Assembly (NCBI GenBank): GCA_016861245.1
Contig: BOKZ01000001.1
Location: 487,006 to 551,005 of the forward strand
Length of the DNA: 64,000 nucleotides
Direction of reading: 5' to 3'
Origin: Patescibacteria group bacterium
GTDB lineage: Bacteria; Patescibacteriota; UBA1384; 2-12-FULL-50-11
The notes beneath the pieces are model-generated. The model worked only from the letters and a program-made list of their open reading frames with translations, was not told the origin of the DNA and ran no database searches. The translations under genes were made by a program, and so were the position numbers. Positions 36,744 through 46,251 of this stretch are shown here, in pieces; the first letter of the stretch is position 1; each line of letters opens with the position of its first letter.

Positions 36744-37328
36744 ATGTTAGAAGCTAAAACGTTCGAATCAATTAGGCAACTAGACGGAATTAGTGAGAGA
36801 ACGATGACCGAACATTACAAGCTCTACGAAGGATACGTTAAGAAATTCAATGAAATTTCAGAGAAATTACTAACAGCTGATCTCGATGCGGCTAACCCGT
36901 CCTATAGTGAAGTAAGGAGTTTAAAAACAGAGTACTCATTTGCGCTAAACGGCGTTAAAAACCACGAGATCTATTTTGGTCATCTTGGAGGTGACGGTGC
37001 CGTACCGTCAGGCAGATTGTCCGAGCAGCTCACGAAAGATTTTGGCAGTTTTGAGAAGTGGCAGTTGGAAATGAAAGCAACTGCGATGGCAGCGCGCGGT
37101 TGGGCGTGGTTGGTTTGGGATAAAGACCTTCAAAAACTTGTAAATGTTGCCGGAGACACTCAGAGCACCTACTTGGTTTGGAACTGTCTACCGTTAGTGG
37201 CGCTCGATGTTTACGAACACGCCTACTTTATTGATCACGGGATTATGCGACGTGATTATATCGATGCTTTCTTCAAGAATCTTAATTGGTCAATAATCGA
37301 AAAAGCCTTTAATACGGCCATCAAATGA
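36744..37328 (+). CDS. sod: Fe/Mn superoxide dismutase
   Basis: Metal ligands retained: His in TEHYKLY, NHEIYF, D and H in DVYEHAYFIDH; GWAWLV motif. Confidence 0.85.
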   Translation: MLEAKTFESIRQLDGISERTMTEHYKLYEGYVKKFNEISEKLLTADLDAANPSYSEVRSLKTEYSFALNGVKNHEIYFGHLGGDGAVPSGRLSEQLTKDFGSFEKWQLEMKATAMAARGWAWLVWDKDLQKLVNVAGDTQSTYLVWNCLPLVALDVYEHAYFIDHGIMRRDYIDAFFKNLNWSIIEKAFNTAIK

Positions 37329-37353
37329 TAAAGAATTTTCTGAGGCGAAGCCG

Positions 37354-38184
37354 ATGGTAATTGGCGCCCACGTTCCGACAGCTGGCGGCTTGAAAACCGC
37401 GCTCAAAGTCGGGACAGAAATAGAAGCAGAAGCGTTGCAAATATTTCCGTCAGCACCGCTGCAGTGGAAAATACGAGGCTGGTCGGACGATGACTGTGCT
37501 GGTTTTAAAGCCGAATGGCCAAAAAAATTCTCAGAAATAGTATTTCACGGTATTTATCTTACAAATTTAGCAGGCGCATCCGCTGAAAATGTAGAAAAAA
37601 CCAAAACCGCTCTTATAGATACGTTAACGCTAGCACCGAAAATCGGTGTTCGAGGCACGGTATTTCATCCCGGAACCTACAACGGCGGTATAGAGAAAAA
37701 TGCGACACAAATTAAAACGCTTATTAAAGAGATACTTAACGCAACACCCGATGACTCATTATTGGTGTACGAGAACTCTGCCGGCTCGACGATCGGCGCA
37801 ACATTAGAAGATTTAGCTTGGCTGATCGAAAACTCGAGCGACAAGAATCGAGTTGCAGTTTGTTTGGATACTTGCCACGCGTTTGCTGCTGGTTACGATA
37901 TCACAACCAAGGAAGGATACGACGAATATATTGAGAAAGTCGAATCACTTATCGGCTTAGACAAGGTATTTTGCTGGCATCTGAACGATTCGAAATTTGG
38001 TCTTGGAGAAAAGCGAGATCGTCATGAGAATATCGGGCAAGGCAAAATGGGTGCCGAGCCATTCCGAATATTGCTAAACGATCCGCGGTGGGCGAGCACC
38101 GCCGGATATCTCGAAGTACCGGGATTTTCCGACACCGGGCCCGATCTTAAGAACGTTACAATACTCAAAGAACTGCGCGCCTAG
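37354..38184 (+). CDS. nfo: endonuclease IV (AP endonuclease, xylose-isomerase-like TIM barrel)
   Basis: MVIGAHVPTAGGL N-terminus and His/Asp/Glu metal ligand spacing of Nfo. Confidence 0.85.
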   Translation: MVIGAHVPTAGGLKTALKVGTEIEAEALQIFPSAPLQWKIRGWSDDDCAGFKAEWPKKFSEIVFHGIYLTNLAGASAENVEKTKTALIDTLTLAPKIGVRGTVFHPGTYNGGIEKNATQIKTLIKEILNATPDDSLLVYENSAGSTIGATLEDLAWLIENSSDKNRVAVCLDTCHAFAAGYDITTKEGYDEYIEKVESLIGLDKVFCWHLNDSKFGLGEKRDRHENIGQGKMGAEPFRILLNDPRWASTAGYLEVPGFSDTGPDLKNVTILKELRA

Positions 38185-38272
38185 CGTTAGTACTTGGCTG
38201 TCTTTATACGTACAAGACTATTTGTTACAGTGACGGCGTATCGCTTCGGCGATGCGCGCACATGAGGAACCT

Positions 38273-38632
38273 ATGGATGGAGAACGATTACGTTTCAATC
38301 AAGAAACGCTCAACGGTCTTGCCAACGCATTTCGTGGTGTTCGGTCCGATGTCGAAACGAGAGTTTTAATCGGCCTTGACCGCGTAATCATGACTCCGCA
38401 ATCAAACCTAGATCAGTCCGAGCTCGTCGCAGCGATTAGGGCTTCAGAGGAATACATAGTGATTCGTCGCGAAGGATTCCCGGTCATCGGCGTCGAAGTC
38501 GAGGTAGGTGGGCAAAAGCTACAGATCTTCCCAAACAGTGAACGGGGCAACACCAACTTGGTGAACTTCATCACGATTCAAAAGGCAGATAAGGAGTTTG
38601 CTGGTCAACTAATGGAATGGGCTGCGTCTTAG
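38273..38632 (+). CDS. hypothetical protein
   Basis: ORF with GAGGAA SD before ATG at 38273; followed by terminator. Confidence 0.4.
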   Translation: MDGERLRFNQETLNGLANAFRGVRSDVETRVLIGLDRVIMTPQSNLDQSELVAAIRASEEYIVIRREGFPVIGVEVEVGGQKLQIFPNSERGNTNLVNFITIQKADKEFAGQLMEWAAS

Positions 38633-38643
38633 TTCTCTGCCGT

Positions 38644-38668
38644 TGTGCCCATGTGGCACAATTTTTTT
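38644..38668 (+). terminator. rho-independent terminator
   Basis: tgtgcc-catgt-ggcaca hairpin followed by ATTTTTTTGTTTTG. Confidence 0.7.
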
Positions 38669-38701
38669 GTTTTGTTACTATAAAATTCAAAGGAGTTAAA
38701 A

Positions 38702-39121
38702 ATGGTTGATGCTTCAAATATCGCAATTAATTGGTGGGCAATACTTGCTTGCGGAGTTGCGTCGATGGTGATTGGTTTTATTTGGTACATGCCGAAAGTA
38801 ATGGGAAATATGTGGATGACAGCGATTCAAAAAACGCCGGAGGATATAGCTAAAGGCTGGCAGCCGTCGATGTTTCTGAAAACGTTTGCGCTGGCGTTGC
38901 TCACAGCTTATATTCTTTCGCATTTTACTCAGCTCGTGCGCGCAGACACGTTTGCAAATTATCTTACTACGGCGTTCTTTATTTGGCTGGGGTTCGTCTT
39001 TACAGTTATGGCGATGAATATTATGTACGAAGGTAAATCTTCGAAACTCCTAATCGTAAACGGTTTATACCAGCTCATCACTCTCCAAGTGATGGCCGCC
39101 ATTCTCTATTACTGGCAGTAA
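38702..39121 (+). CDS. DUF1761-like small polytopic membrane protein
   Basis: N-terminal INWWAILACGVASMVIGFIWY pattern and four helices; assignment from memory of the family. Confidence 0.5.
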   Translation: MVDASNIAINWWAILACGVASMVIGFIWYMPKVMGNMWMTAIQKTPEDIAKGWQPSMFLKTFALALLTAYILSHFTQLVRADTFANYLTTAFFIWLGFVFTVMAMNIMYEGKSSKLLIVNGLYQLITLQVMAAILYYWQ

Positions 39122-39155
39122 ATAAAAAAACCGCCTCGGCTGAGAGCCGGGCGGT
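39122..39155. terminator. bidirectional rho-independent terminator between convergent genes
   Basis: AAAAAAA-ccgcctcggc-tgaga-gccgggcgg hairpin; A-tract on plus strand gives U-tract for the minus-strand gene. Confidence 0.7.
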
Positions 39156-39164
39156 TGGGCGTTC

Positions 39165-39635
39165 TCAGGTTCTTTGGAACCCGATAATCCGTGACGCCTT
39201 TTGTATGCATCCTGCTGTAATCCTCCATATCCAACCTGATCCAAATGGGATTTCGGGATCAACGAGCGTTCGTATCCATGCCGGTGGCTGACTTTTTGGC
39301 TCAGCCGTCATCTCTTTACCGTTCCAGCAATAGACGACGGTGTAACTTTTGTTCCCGGTTGCGACCGTAACCATTGTCGGTGCTTCCGATGACCAAAAGT
39401 TTAGCCTGATTGTCAGTCGATTCCCCAGACCGGTAACGAGGGTGAAGCTCAAGTCTCCAGTACGCTGGTCGCTTATAACTACGATTCCTCGCTCCCTGGC
39501 AGCTCGTTGTAGTTCCCACAAGCACTTGTCGGCGATGGGAGGGCTACTGTCTGACACGGTAGTGATGTTAAAGGCGCTGGCGATGAACCTTGCGGCCGCT
39601 ACCAACGCATCGTTGTTGTGAAGCCGGTAGGCCAT
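39165..39635 (-). CDS. hypothetical protein, GC-richer than surroundings
   Basis: ORF with terminator; no recognisable motif. Confidence 0.4.
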   Translation of the reverse strand: MAYRLHNNDALVAAARFIASAFNITTVSDSSPPIADKCLWELQRAARERGIVVISDQRTGDLSFTLVTGLGNRLTIRLNFWSSEAPTMVTVATGNKSYTVVYCWNGKEMTAEPKSQPPAWIRTLVDPEIPFGSGWIWRITAGCIQKASRIIGFQRT

Positions 39636-39767
39636 AATTTTCACCTCGCGTGATGCGATTGGCATATAGTATAGCAACCGTCCACAGTTAAATCAATTTA
39701 CTTATCACAAATTTTCCGTTAACTTTTAACAAAGAATTGTGTTCGCATACTCTAAAAAGGAGGAGAA

Positions 39768-40211
39768 GTGCAAAGAGCGTTACTATTGGTACTACTTATT
39801 GCTATTTTAGCGGTTGGTGGGTACTTCCTGCTTAAATCGCAGTCACAGGAGCCGGCTGAGACGACAAATACAAACGAGCTGTCAGATGTCGAACCGAAGA
39901 ACACCGACGAGAAAACCCCGTTAACTACCGAAGAATCTACTGAAGTTACCGTACTGTACGGTTCAAACGGTTACTCACCGGCGACTGTAGCTATTAAACA
40001 AGGGCAAAAGGTTACTTTTAAAAACGAGAGCGGTAAACAAATGTGGGTCGCGTCCGATGATCACCCAAGTCATTTAATCTACCCAGAATTTGACGCCAAA
40101 ACTGGAATTGCGACGGGATCGTCGTACGAATTCGTTTTCGACAAGGTCGGGACGTGGCGGTACCATGACCACCTAATGCCGAGCAGAACCGGTATCGTTA
40201 TCGTCGAATAG
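39768..40211 (+). CDS. secreted cupredoxin-like protein
   Basis: Signal peptide then beta-rich domain with HPSH and YHDHLMP motifs resembling cupredoxin_1 / plastocyanin-like copper sites. Confidence 0.5.
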   Translation: MQRALLLVLLIAILAVGGYFLLKSQSQEPAETTNTNELSDVEPKNTDEKTPLTTEESTEVTVLYGSNGYSPATVAIKQGQKVTFKNESGKQMWVASDDHPSHLIYPEFDAKTGIATGSSYEFVFDKVGTWRYHDHLMPSRTGIVIVE

Positions 40212-41843
40212 CTATTCGCTGTGCTTTAGCGATTTTTTCCGCTGCCTCGCGCGCTGGAAACTAAGACCGTACCGATGCACTTCATCGCGAATGCGAGCTA
40301 ACAACAGCACCCCTTTATTAAGTCGTTTCGCTGATACCGAAGTTTTACGGTCTGGTATAAATATTCGGTCCGGTTTTTTTGCAAGTGAAATAATTCGAAC
40401 AGAATCATGCTGTGATTGGTTTAAAGCAGCGACGGCAAATTTCAACTGTTCAGGACCGCCATCAATTACTAATAAATCCGGTAACGGTCGACTAGTGTCG
40501 CTGAGCCGACGTGAAACTACTTCGCGAATCATCGCAAAATCGTTCTGGCCTTGAACGGTTTTAATAATATAACGTCGGTATTCGTTTTTTTCTGGCTGAC
40601 CATAAAGGAAACAAACGGCAGCACCAACTGGTTCGCTTGCTCCGAGGTTTGAGATGTCGATAGCCTCAATCCGTTCCGGTATCTCCGGTAAGCCTAGTAA
40701 TTCTTTCAAAGCAACTAACCCTTCGAAAGCCTTATCCTGGTTTACGAGGCGTTGCTGAAGCTTTGATTCGGCGTTTCTAGTAGATAACTGTACTATTTGC
40801 AATTTCTCACCGCGCTCTGCCGTTCGAAGCTCCACTCGACGCCCGCTCTGCTGGGAAAGCAATAGCTCGATCAATTGCTGATCTTCTAGCTCTTCAGAAA
40901 TTGCAACAAGTTGCGGGATAGTATGGAGCGTCGGATACATCATAGTTAGAAAGTCGCGCAGGATTTTTCTATCAGATTCCCCTGAAGAATTCTCAACGAA
41001 AAAGTGTTGCTGCCCACTAACACGACCGTCTCGGATATGAGTTACACAAATAACAGCTGCAGTACTCGAGCTAAAGACTCCAAGGGCATCGTAGTCTTCG
41101 TTGTGCGTCGAGATCACCGACTGTGGCGTCGTGATCTGTTGGCTGGCATGGAGTCGATCACGAAGTTTTGCCGCTCGCTCAAACTGTTTTGTTTCAGCAG
41201 CACGTTCCATTTCCAGTTGTAAATCGTGAAGGATATTTTTACGCTTACCTCTAAGAAATAATGTCGCCTTATCTACTTTCTCCTCGTACGCTTCTTGGCT
41301 AATTTCGCCAGCGCACGGACAGGGGTGCCCAGTTAGTTGGCAGTGAAAGCATGCTCTAGTTTTATTCACCTGTAATGGTTTGTCGCTGATATGAATACCA
41401 TAGAGATCTCGCAAAAACTCAAGTGTGAATTGTGCTGATCGTGCCGATAAATACGGTCCGAAGTAGTGTTCGTCGGTTTTGCTGGTACGACGGCGAACGA
41501 TTGAGAAGCGGGGAATTAACTCGCCGCGACTTAGTTTAACAAAGGGGTAAGTTTTGTCGTCTGTGAGTTTAATATTAAACTTTGGCAAATACTGTTTGAT
41601 TAATGTCGATTCGAGCATTAATGCTTCAAGCTCGTTTGTAACAATAGTAGTTTCGATTCGCTTGATTAAACCAATCATGACTGCGATCCACGGTCTATCA
41701 GAGTGAGTAGTTGAAAAATAGCTCCGAACCCGGTTTCGCAAATTGATCGCTTTACCGACGTAGAGCACCGAATCGGTCTCGTCGTAAAATATGTAAATCC
41801 CAGGTTTTGCTGGAATTTCTTTAAGCTGATCGCTGATTTTCAT
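40212..41843 (-). CDS. uvrC: excinuclease ABC subunit C
   Basis: GIY-YIG N-terminus (PGIYIFYDETDSVLYVGKA), UvrBC domain, RNase-H-like endonuclease and HhH C-terminus. Confidence 0.9.
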   Translation of the reverse strand: MKISDQLKEIPAKPGIYIFYDETDSVLYVGKAINLRNRVRSYFSTTHSDRPWIAVMIGLIKRIETTIVTNELEALMLESTLIKQYLPKFNIKLTDDKTYPFVKLSRGELIPRFSIVRRRTSKTDEHYFGPYLSARSAQFTLEFLRDLYGIHISDKPLQVNKTRACFHCQLTGHPCPCAGEISQEAYEEKVDKATLFLRGKRKNILHDLQLEMERAAETKQFERAAKLRDRLHASQQITTPQSVISTHNEDYDALGVFSSSTAAVICVTHIRDGRVSGQQHFFVENSSGESDRKILRDFLTMMYPTLHTIPQLVAISEELEDQQLIELLLSQQSGRRVELRTAERGEKLQIVQLSTRNAESKLQQRLVNQDKAFEGLVALKELLGLPEIPERIEAIDISNLGASEPVGAAVCFLYGQPEKNEYRRYIIKTVQGQNDFAMIREVVSRRLSDTSRPLPDLLVIDGGPEQLKFAVAALNQSQHDSVRIISLAKKPDRIFIPDRKTSVSAKRLNKGVLLLARIRDEVHRYGLSFQRARQRKKSLKHSE

Positions 41844-41938
41844 CCAGAGTAGTATACCTGAAAATAAGGTGATAGTCCGTTGACATTGGCCCATTTAAAC
41901 CATATAATCGATGGACCGTGTCACACGGAGGTGTACCT

Positions 41939-42688
41939 ATGAGTATTGAGAAAATCCTAACCGGGATGAACATCCCAGGCACGATCGTCCACATCAACGG
42001 GACGGTCAATGTTTACCACTTTTCCAGTGCGCTGCGGCGCATACGGGGAATCGAGGATGGCGCGTCGTATGAAGAGCTGGCGCACGAGGTCCTGGCAATC
42101 CAAGACGACCCGTCGTATGCTCGGATCGAACTCGGTGATCGCCGATTCCTGTTTGTCCCCAGAGAACTCTCGGATGTTATGGCGGTCTACACTGCTAGCA
42201 TCAGAGATGAGCTGACAAACACGTTCAACCCGAGAGGATTGGTGGTCGCGTATTCGCAGCTCCGGTCGAGATCTAGCTCCGAAGGCGTGCTGATCGTGCT
42301 CTACCTCGATGCTAACAGATTCAAAGTCGTCAACGACGATTTTGGTCACGATGTCGGTGATCGAGTGCTGAAAGCGATGTGCAACCGCCTTCGTGGTCAA
42401 CTCAAGCAAGACGACGTTGTTGCTAGGATCGGGGGCGACGAGTTTGTCGCGCTGGTCTGGCTTCCGAACGAAGAGCTAAAAAGCTACTTCATGGACACTC
42501 GGCTGCCGCTAATCCAAGAGATCGTGTGCGGGGAGCCGTACGCGATTAAGGATGGCAAGAAGATGTTGCCGACAGGTTTTGCGCTCGGTGTGCATATCCA
42601 CTCGGGGGAGCTGCCGGAAACCTACACTGAGTTGCTGCGCCAAGCCGAGCTCGGCATGTACGCCGACAAGGGAGTGGCGGCGCGTTAA
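41939..42688 (+). CDS. GGDEF-domain diguanylate cyclase with small N-terminal domain
   Basis: VVNDDFGHDVGDRVLKAMCNRL and RIGGDEFV (GGDEF) motifs; GC-rich relative to neighbours. Confidence 0.8.
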   Translation: MSIEKILTGMNIPGTIVHINGTVNVYHFSSALRRIRGIEDGASYEELAHEVLAIQDDPSYARIELGDRRFLFVPRELSDVMAVYTASIRDELTNTFNPRGLVVAYSQLRSRSSSEGVLIVLYLDANRFKVVNDDFGHDVGDRVLKAMCNRLRGQLKQDDVVARIGGDEFVALVWLPNEELKSYFMDTRLPLIQEIVCGEPYAIKDGKKMLPTGFALGVHIHSGELPETYTELLRQAELGMYADKGVAAR

Positions 42689-42702
42689 CCAATTCCGATT
42701 CC

Positions 42703-42728
42703 GCGGGGCGAATGCCCCGCATTTTTAT
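42703..42728 (+). terminator. rho-independent terminator after the GGDEF gene (overlaps uvrA2 3' end)
   Basis: gcggggc-gaat-gccccgc followed by ATTTTTAT. Confidence 0.7.
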
Positions 42729-45562
42729 AGTATTTTTCCTAATACCTTGCCGGTTAACGACTTAGGCTCACGAGCAATTTGTTCTGGAGTGCCCTTGGCG
42801 ACAATTTCACCGCCGTTGACGCCGCCACCTGGACCGAGATCGATAATCCAGTCGACAGATTTAATTACGTCTAAATTATGTTCAATCACCACAATAGTAT
42901 TACCGCGATCTACTAGTTTTTGCAGTACTGCCAGTAATTTTTCAATGTCCGCAAAATGCAATCCAGTGGTTGGTTCGTCGAGGATATAAAGGGTTCTCCC
43001 AGTGTCACGACGAGATAGCTCGGCAGCAAGCTTAATACGCTGTGCTTCGCCGCCAGAAAGTGTCGGGGCGCTTTGACCAAGCCGAACGTATCCCAACCCA
43101 ACTTGCTGCATCGTCACGAGCTTATCTACAAGATTTGGAACCGGCTCAAAAAATTCGATCGCTTCATCGACAGTCATATTTAGAACTTGGTTAATGTTTT
43201 TTCCCTTCCAAAGTACTTCGAGCGTTTCACGGTTATAGCGCGCGCCCTTACATACGTCACAAGTAACGTAGACGTCTGGTAAGAAATTCATCTCAATCTT
43301 AATTTGTCCGTCACCCTGACAATTCTCGCAGCGACCGCCGACGACGTTGAAACTAAAGCGCCCAGGTTTGTAGCCTCGACTTCGAGCCGCTGGAGTAGCG
43401 GCGAAAAGCTGACGGATTAAATCGAAAGACTTAGTGTAAGTAACTGGGTTTGAGCGCGGTGTTCGACCGATCGGGGATTGGTCTATCTCGATAATCTTAT
43501 CAATTTGGTCGGTGCCGGTAATACCGGTATGTTTGCCGGGAACGCTGCTCCGAACTCCAAGCGAGCGCGAGACACCTTTACTTAGAATCTCGGTAATAAG
43601 AGTTGATTTACCAGAACCTGAAACACCGGTCACGGCAGTAAATCGTCCAAGTGGAAAGCTAACAGAAACATTCTTTAAATTATTTTCGCTCGCGCCGTGA
43701 ACAATAATATACGGATGTCTTTTTTCTATTGGGCGCCGTTCTGGAATTGCGATCGCCTTTTTACCGTTAATATACGGAGCAGTAATAGAATTCGGATTGT
43801 TTAGTACTTCTTCTAAGGTTCCGGCGGCTACAATTTGTCCGCCGTGTTCGCCGGCGCCGGGCCCGATATCAACCACGTAATCGGCGGCTTTTATAGTTTC
43901 TTCGTCGTGTTCGACAACTACGACCGTATTACCTAAATCTCGCAGTTTTTTTAATGTCTCGATTAATCGGTCGTTATCGGTTGGATGAAGACCGATCGTT
44001 GGCTCGTCCAATACATATAAAATCCCTACTAACGCTGAACCGATCTGCGACGCAAGGCGAATTCGCTGACCCTCGCCGCCAGCCAATGTCGTTGCTGAAC
44101 GATCGAGCGTTAAATAAGTAAGCCCGACCTTACTTAAGAATTCGAGTCGATTGGTTATTTCATAAACCACTTTTTCTGCGATCGCTAGCTCGCGGCCGGT
44201 TAGTTTTAAGTTCTTAAAAAATTGGTACGCATTATCGATTGAGAGCTGCGAGACTTCGGCGATATTTTTTTCGTTCACTTTTACGATTAGCGCTTCTTCT
44301 TTGAGGCGAGCACCTTTACAAGTTTGACACTCGTTGGTGAGCATATACTTTTCTATCTCATCTCGTACCGAATCGGATTCGGTTTCGCGGTACCTTCCTT
44401 CAAGGTGGGGGACTAGTCCTTTGTACCAAACGTTGAAATACTGTGCTGTTCCACCACTGAAATAGCGAAGTTTCATTTGGAACGGCGCGCCAGTGCCGTA
44501 GAGTAATTTTTTTATTTTCGACTCGTCCTGGCCTTCGAGTGGAGCATCAAAATCAAGTCCGAAATGCTCGCAGGCGTTACGAAGGAGTACGCCGTAATAG
44601 TTTGTTGCTGAATACGTCCACGGCATAATCGCTCCCTCGGAAACTGAAAGTTTTTTATTTGGAATAATAAGTTCTTCGGTGATTTCTTTTTTAAATCCGA
44701 GTCCGTGACAGTCTTCGCACGCACCGTACGGGCTGTTAAACGAGAACGATCGCGGGGAGATCTCGCCTAGACTAAAGCCGTCGTACGGACAAGATAGCTC
44801 TTCAGAAAGCAGGATCTCGTCTTTTGGTTGGCCGTCTTCCCCAAGCACCGAAACAGCCACTAATCCTTTACTTAATTTCATTGCTGTTTCCATGGCATCG
44901 GTTAGACGCGACGGCGAAGACTGACCAATAATTAAGCGATCAACTAAAACCTCGATAGTATGAGCTTTGTATCGATCGAGCTCGATTCGGTCAGATAAGC
45001 TATAAGTTACGCCATTTACTCTTGCAGAACCGAATCCGCCTTTAAATAAATCGTAAAGTAATTGATGGTACTCACCCTTACGACCACGAACCACTGGTGC
45101 GTAGATAATAATTCGAGTACCTTCCGGCAAACCAGTGATCAAGTCGACCATCTGATCGACGCTTTGTCTTGTTATTTTACGGCCGCACTTTGGGCAGTAC
45201 GGTACGCCGATTCTGGCATAAAGAAGTCGTAAGTAATCGTAAATTTCGGTGACAGTACCAACTGTCGAGCGCGGGTTGTGGGAAACGGTTTTTTGATCGA
45301 TCGAGATGGCAGGGGAGAGCCCTTCAATGTAATCGACGTCAGGTTTTTCCATTTGCCCTAAAAATTGCCGGGCGTAACTGGATAACGACTCCATATAACG
45401 ACGCTGACCTTCGGCGTAAATTGTATCGAAAGCAAGCGAAGATTTGCCCGATCCGGATAGGCCAGTTAATACAATTAACTGATTGCGTGGTAATTCAACG
45501 TCAATGTTTTTGAGATTGTGTTCGCGAGCTCCCTTGATAAAGATGACATCTTTCTGAGACAT
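42725..45562 (-). CDS. uvrA: excinuclease ABC subunit A, paralog 2, canonical class I
   Basis: 945 aa, very similar to E. coli UvrA over the N-terminus ([34 protein letters not shown]), two ABC modules and zinc fingers. Confidence 0.9.
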   Translation of the reverse strand: MSQKDVIFIKGAREHNLKNIDVELPRNQLIVLTGLSGSGKSSLAFDTIYAEGQRRYMESLSSYARQFLGQMEKPDVDYIEGLSPAISIDQKTVSHNPRSTVGTVTEIYDYLRLLYARIGVPYCPKCGRKITRQSVDQMVDLITGLPEGTRIIIYAPVVRGRKGEYHQLLYDLFKGGFGSARVNGVTYSLSDRIELDRYKAHTIEVLVDRLIIGQSSPSRLTDAMETAMKLSKGLVAVSVLGEDGQPKDEILLSEELSCPYDGFSLGEISPRSFSFNSPYGACEDCHGLGFKKEITEELIIPNKKLSVSEGAIMPWTYSATNYYGVLLRNACEHFGLDFDAPLEGQDESKIKKLLYGTGAPFQMKLRYFSGGTAQYFNVWYKGLVPHLEGRYRETESDSVRDEIEKYMLTNECQTCKGARLKEEALIVKVNEKNIAEVSQLSIDNAYQFFKNLKLTGRELAIAEKVVYEITNRLEFLSKVGLTYLTLDRSATTLAGGEGQRIRLASQIGSALVGILYVLDEPTIGLHPTDNDRLIETLKKLRDLGNTVVVVEHDEETIKAADYVVDIGPGAGEHGGQIVAAGTLEEVLNNPNSITAPYINGKKAIAIPERRPIEKRHPYIIVHGASENNLKNVSVSFPLGRFTAVTGVSGSGKSTLITEILSKGVSRSLGVRSSVPGKHTGITGTDQIDKIIEIDQSPIGRTPRSNPVTYTKSFDLIRQLFAATPAARSRGYKPGRFSFNVVGGRCENCQGDGQIKIEMNFLPDVYVTCDVCKGARYNRETLEVLWKGKNINQVLNMTVDEAIEFFEPVPNLVDKLVTMQQVGLGYVRLGQSAPTLSGGEAQRIKLAAELSRRDTGRTLYILDEPTTGLHFADIEKLLAVLQKLVDRGNTIVVIEHNLDVIKSVDWIIDLGPGGGVNGGEIVAKGTPEQIAREPKSLTGKVLGKIL

Positions 45563-45607
45563 CTCGTTATTGTACCAAACAAATACCGAATGATTATTAT
45601 CAATAAC

Positions 45608-45633
45608 AAAATAGGGCCTTCCGACCCTATTTT
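45608..45633 (-). terminator. rho-independent terminator (9-bp stem) between the small orphan gene and uvrA2
   Basis: aaaataggg-ccttccga-ccctatttt with flanking A/T tracts. Confidence 0.6.
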
Positions 45634-45648
45634 GTGCAAAGAACAGTT

Positions 45649-45858
45649 TTACTGATTTTGTTCTTTAGTCTGCCAAGTACCAGGTGTGTCTGGGTAGCCT
45701 TTATCGCGTCGCTTCTTATCTTCTTCCCATTGACGCATCAACTCTTGATTGTGCGTTGGGCTTTCGGGCGTAACTCCTGAAGCCTCCAATTTTTCTTCGG
45801 CTTCTTGGAACTTTTCTTCAGATACCTCTTCAGGCATTGGTTGCATTGTCTCTCCCAT
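45649..45858 (-). CDS. hypothetical small acidic protein (69 aa)
   Basis: GGAGG 5 nt before ATG, TTGACA -35-like upstream; Glu/Lys-rich. Confidence 0.5.
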   Translation of the reverse strand: MGETMQPMPEEVSEEKFQEAEEKLEASGVTPESPTHNQELMRQWEEDKKRRDKGYPDTPGTWQTKEQNQ

Positions 45859-45910
45859 GTCTTCCTCCTTTTCTACAATTAGAAAACGCTATATCAATAC
45901 TATTGTCAAT

Positions 45911-45932
45911 AAAAAAAGCCCATCCCTGGGCT
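45911..45932 (-). terminator. rho-independent terminator of the 96-aa gene
   Basis: Minus strand AGCCCA-GGGA-TGGGCT followed by TTTTTTT. Confidence 0.6.
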
Positions 45933-46222
45933 TAGTTGGCTTTACCGCGGTGTCCGTACACGGTAGTTGCGAGCACTTGGTAGGCCGTTGCGGCCTCAAG
46001 CGAGAGATCAGCTTTGAGTGAAGCCATGACTGGTTGGAGCTGCTCGAGGCAGCCAATCACGTCGGCTTCGGAGATCGCGGTCTGTCCCATCAGCTCAATC
46101 TGACAAGATTCGACACACTCGCGAGCCCCTTTCGTTAGTGGCATGGTAGCGAGAATTGCAAGCTGCTGGTTAGCAGTCTGTAGCCTTGCCGCCAGCCAGT
46201 TCGGACCATTGGTAAGTTGCAT
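45932..46222 (-). CDS. hypothetical helical protein (96 aa), translationally adjacent to uvrB
   Basis: GGAGG 5 nt before ATG (MQLTNGPNW...), 30 nt after the uvrB stop; CVESC pair. Confidence 0.45.
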   Translation of the reverse strand: MQLTNGPNWLAARLQTANQQLAILATMPLTKGARECVESCQIELMGQTAISEADVIGCLEQLQPVMASLKADLSLEAATAYQVLATTVYGHRGKAN

Positions 46223-46251
46223 TGTTGCCTCCAAAAAGGAACGGCTATATT

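Noticed and set aside
36744-37328. SOD lacking a metal ligand (possible pseudo-enzyme)
   Set aside because: Manual alignment to E. coli SodB shows the ligand positions conserved (His in TEHYKLY, NHEIYF, D and H in DVYEHAYFIDH); only the second-sphere His30 differs.
8341-45562. The two uvrA genes as an assembly duplication
   Set aside because: Their protein sequences differ throughout (different N-termini, many substitutions), so they are genuine paralogs rather than repeated assembly of one locus.
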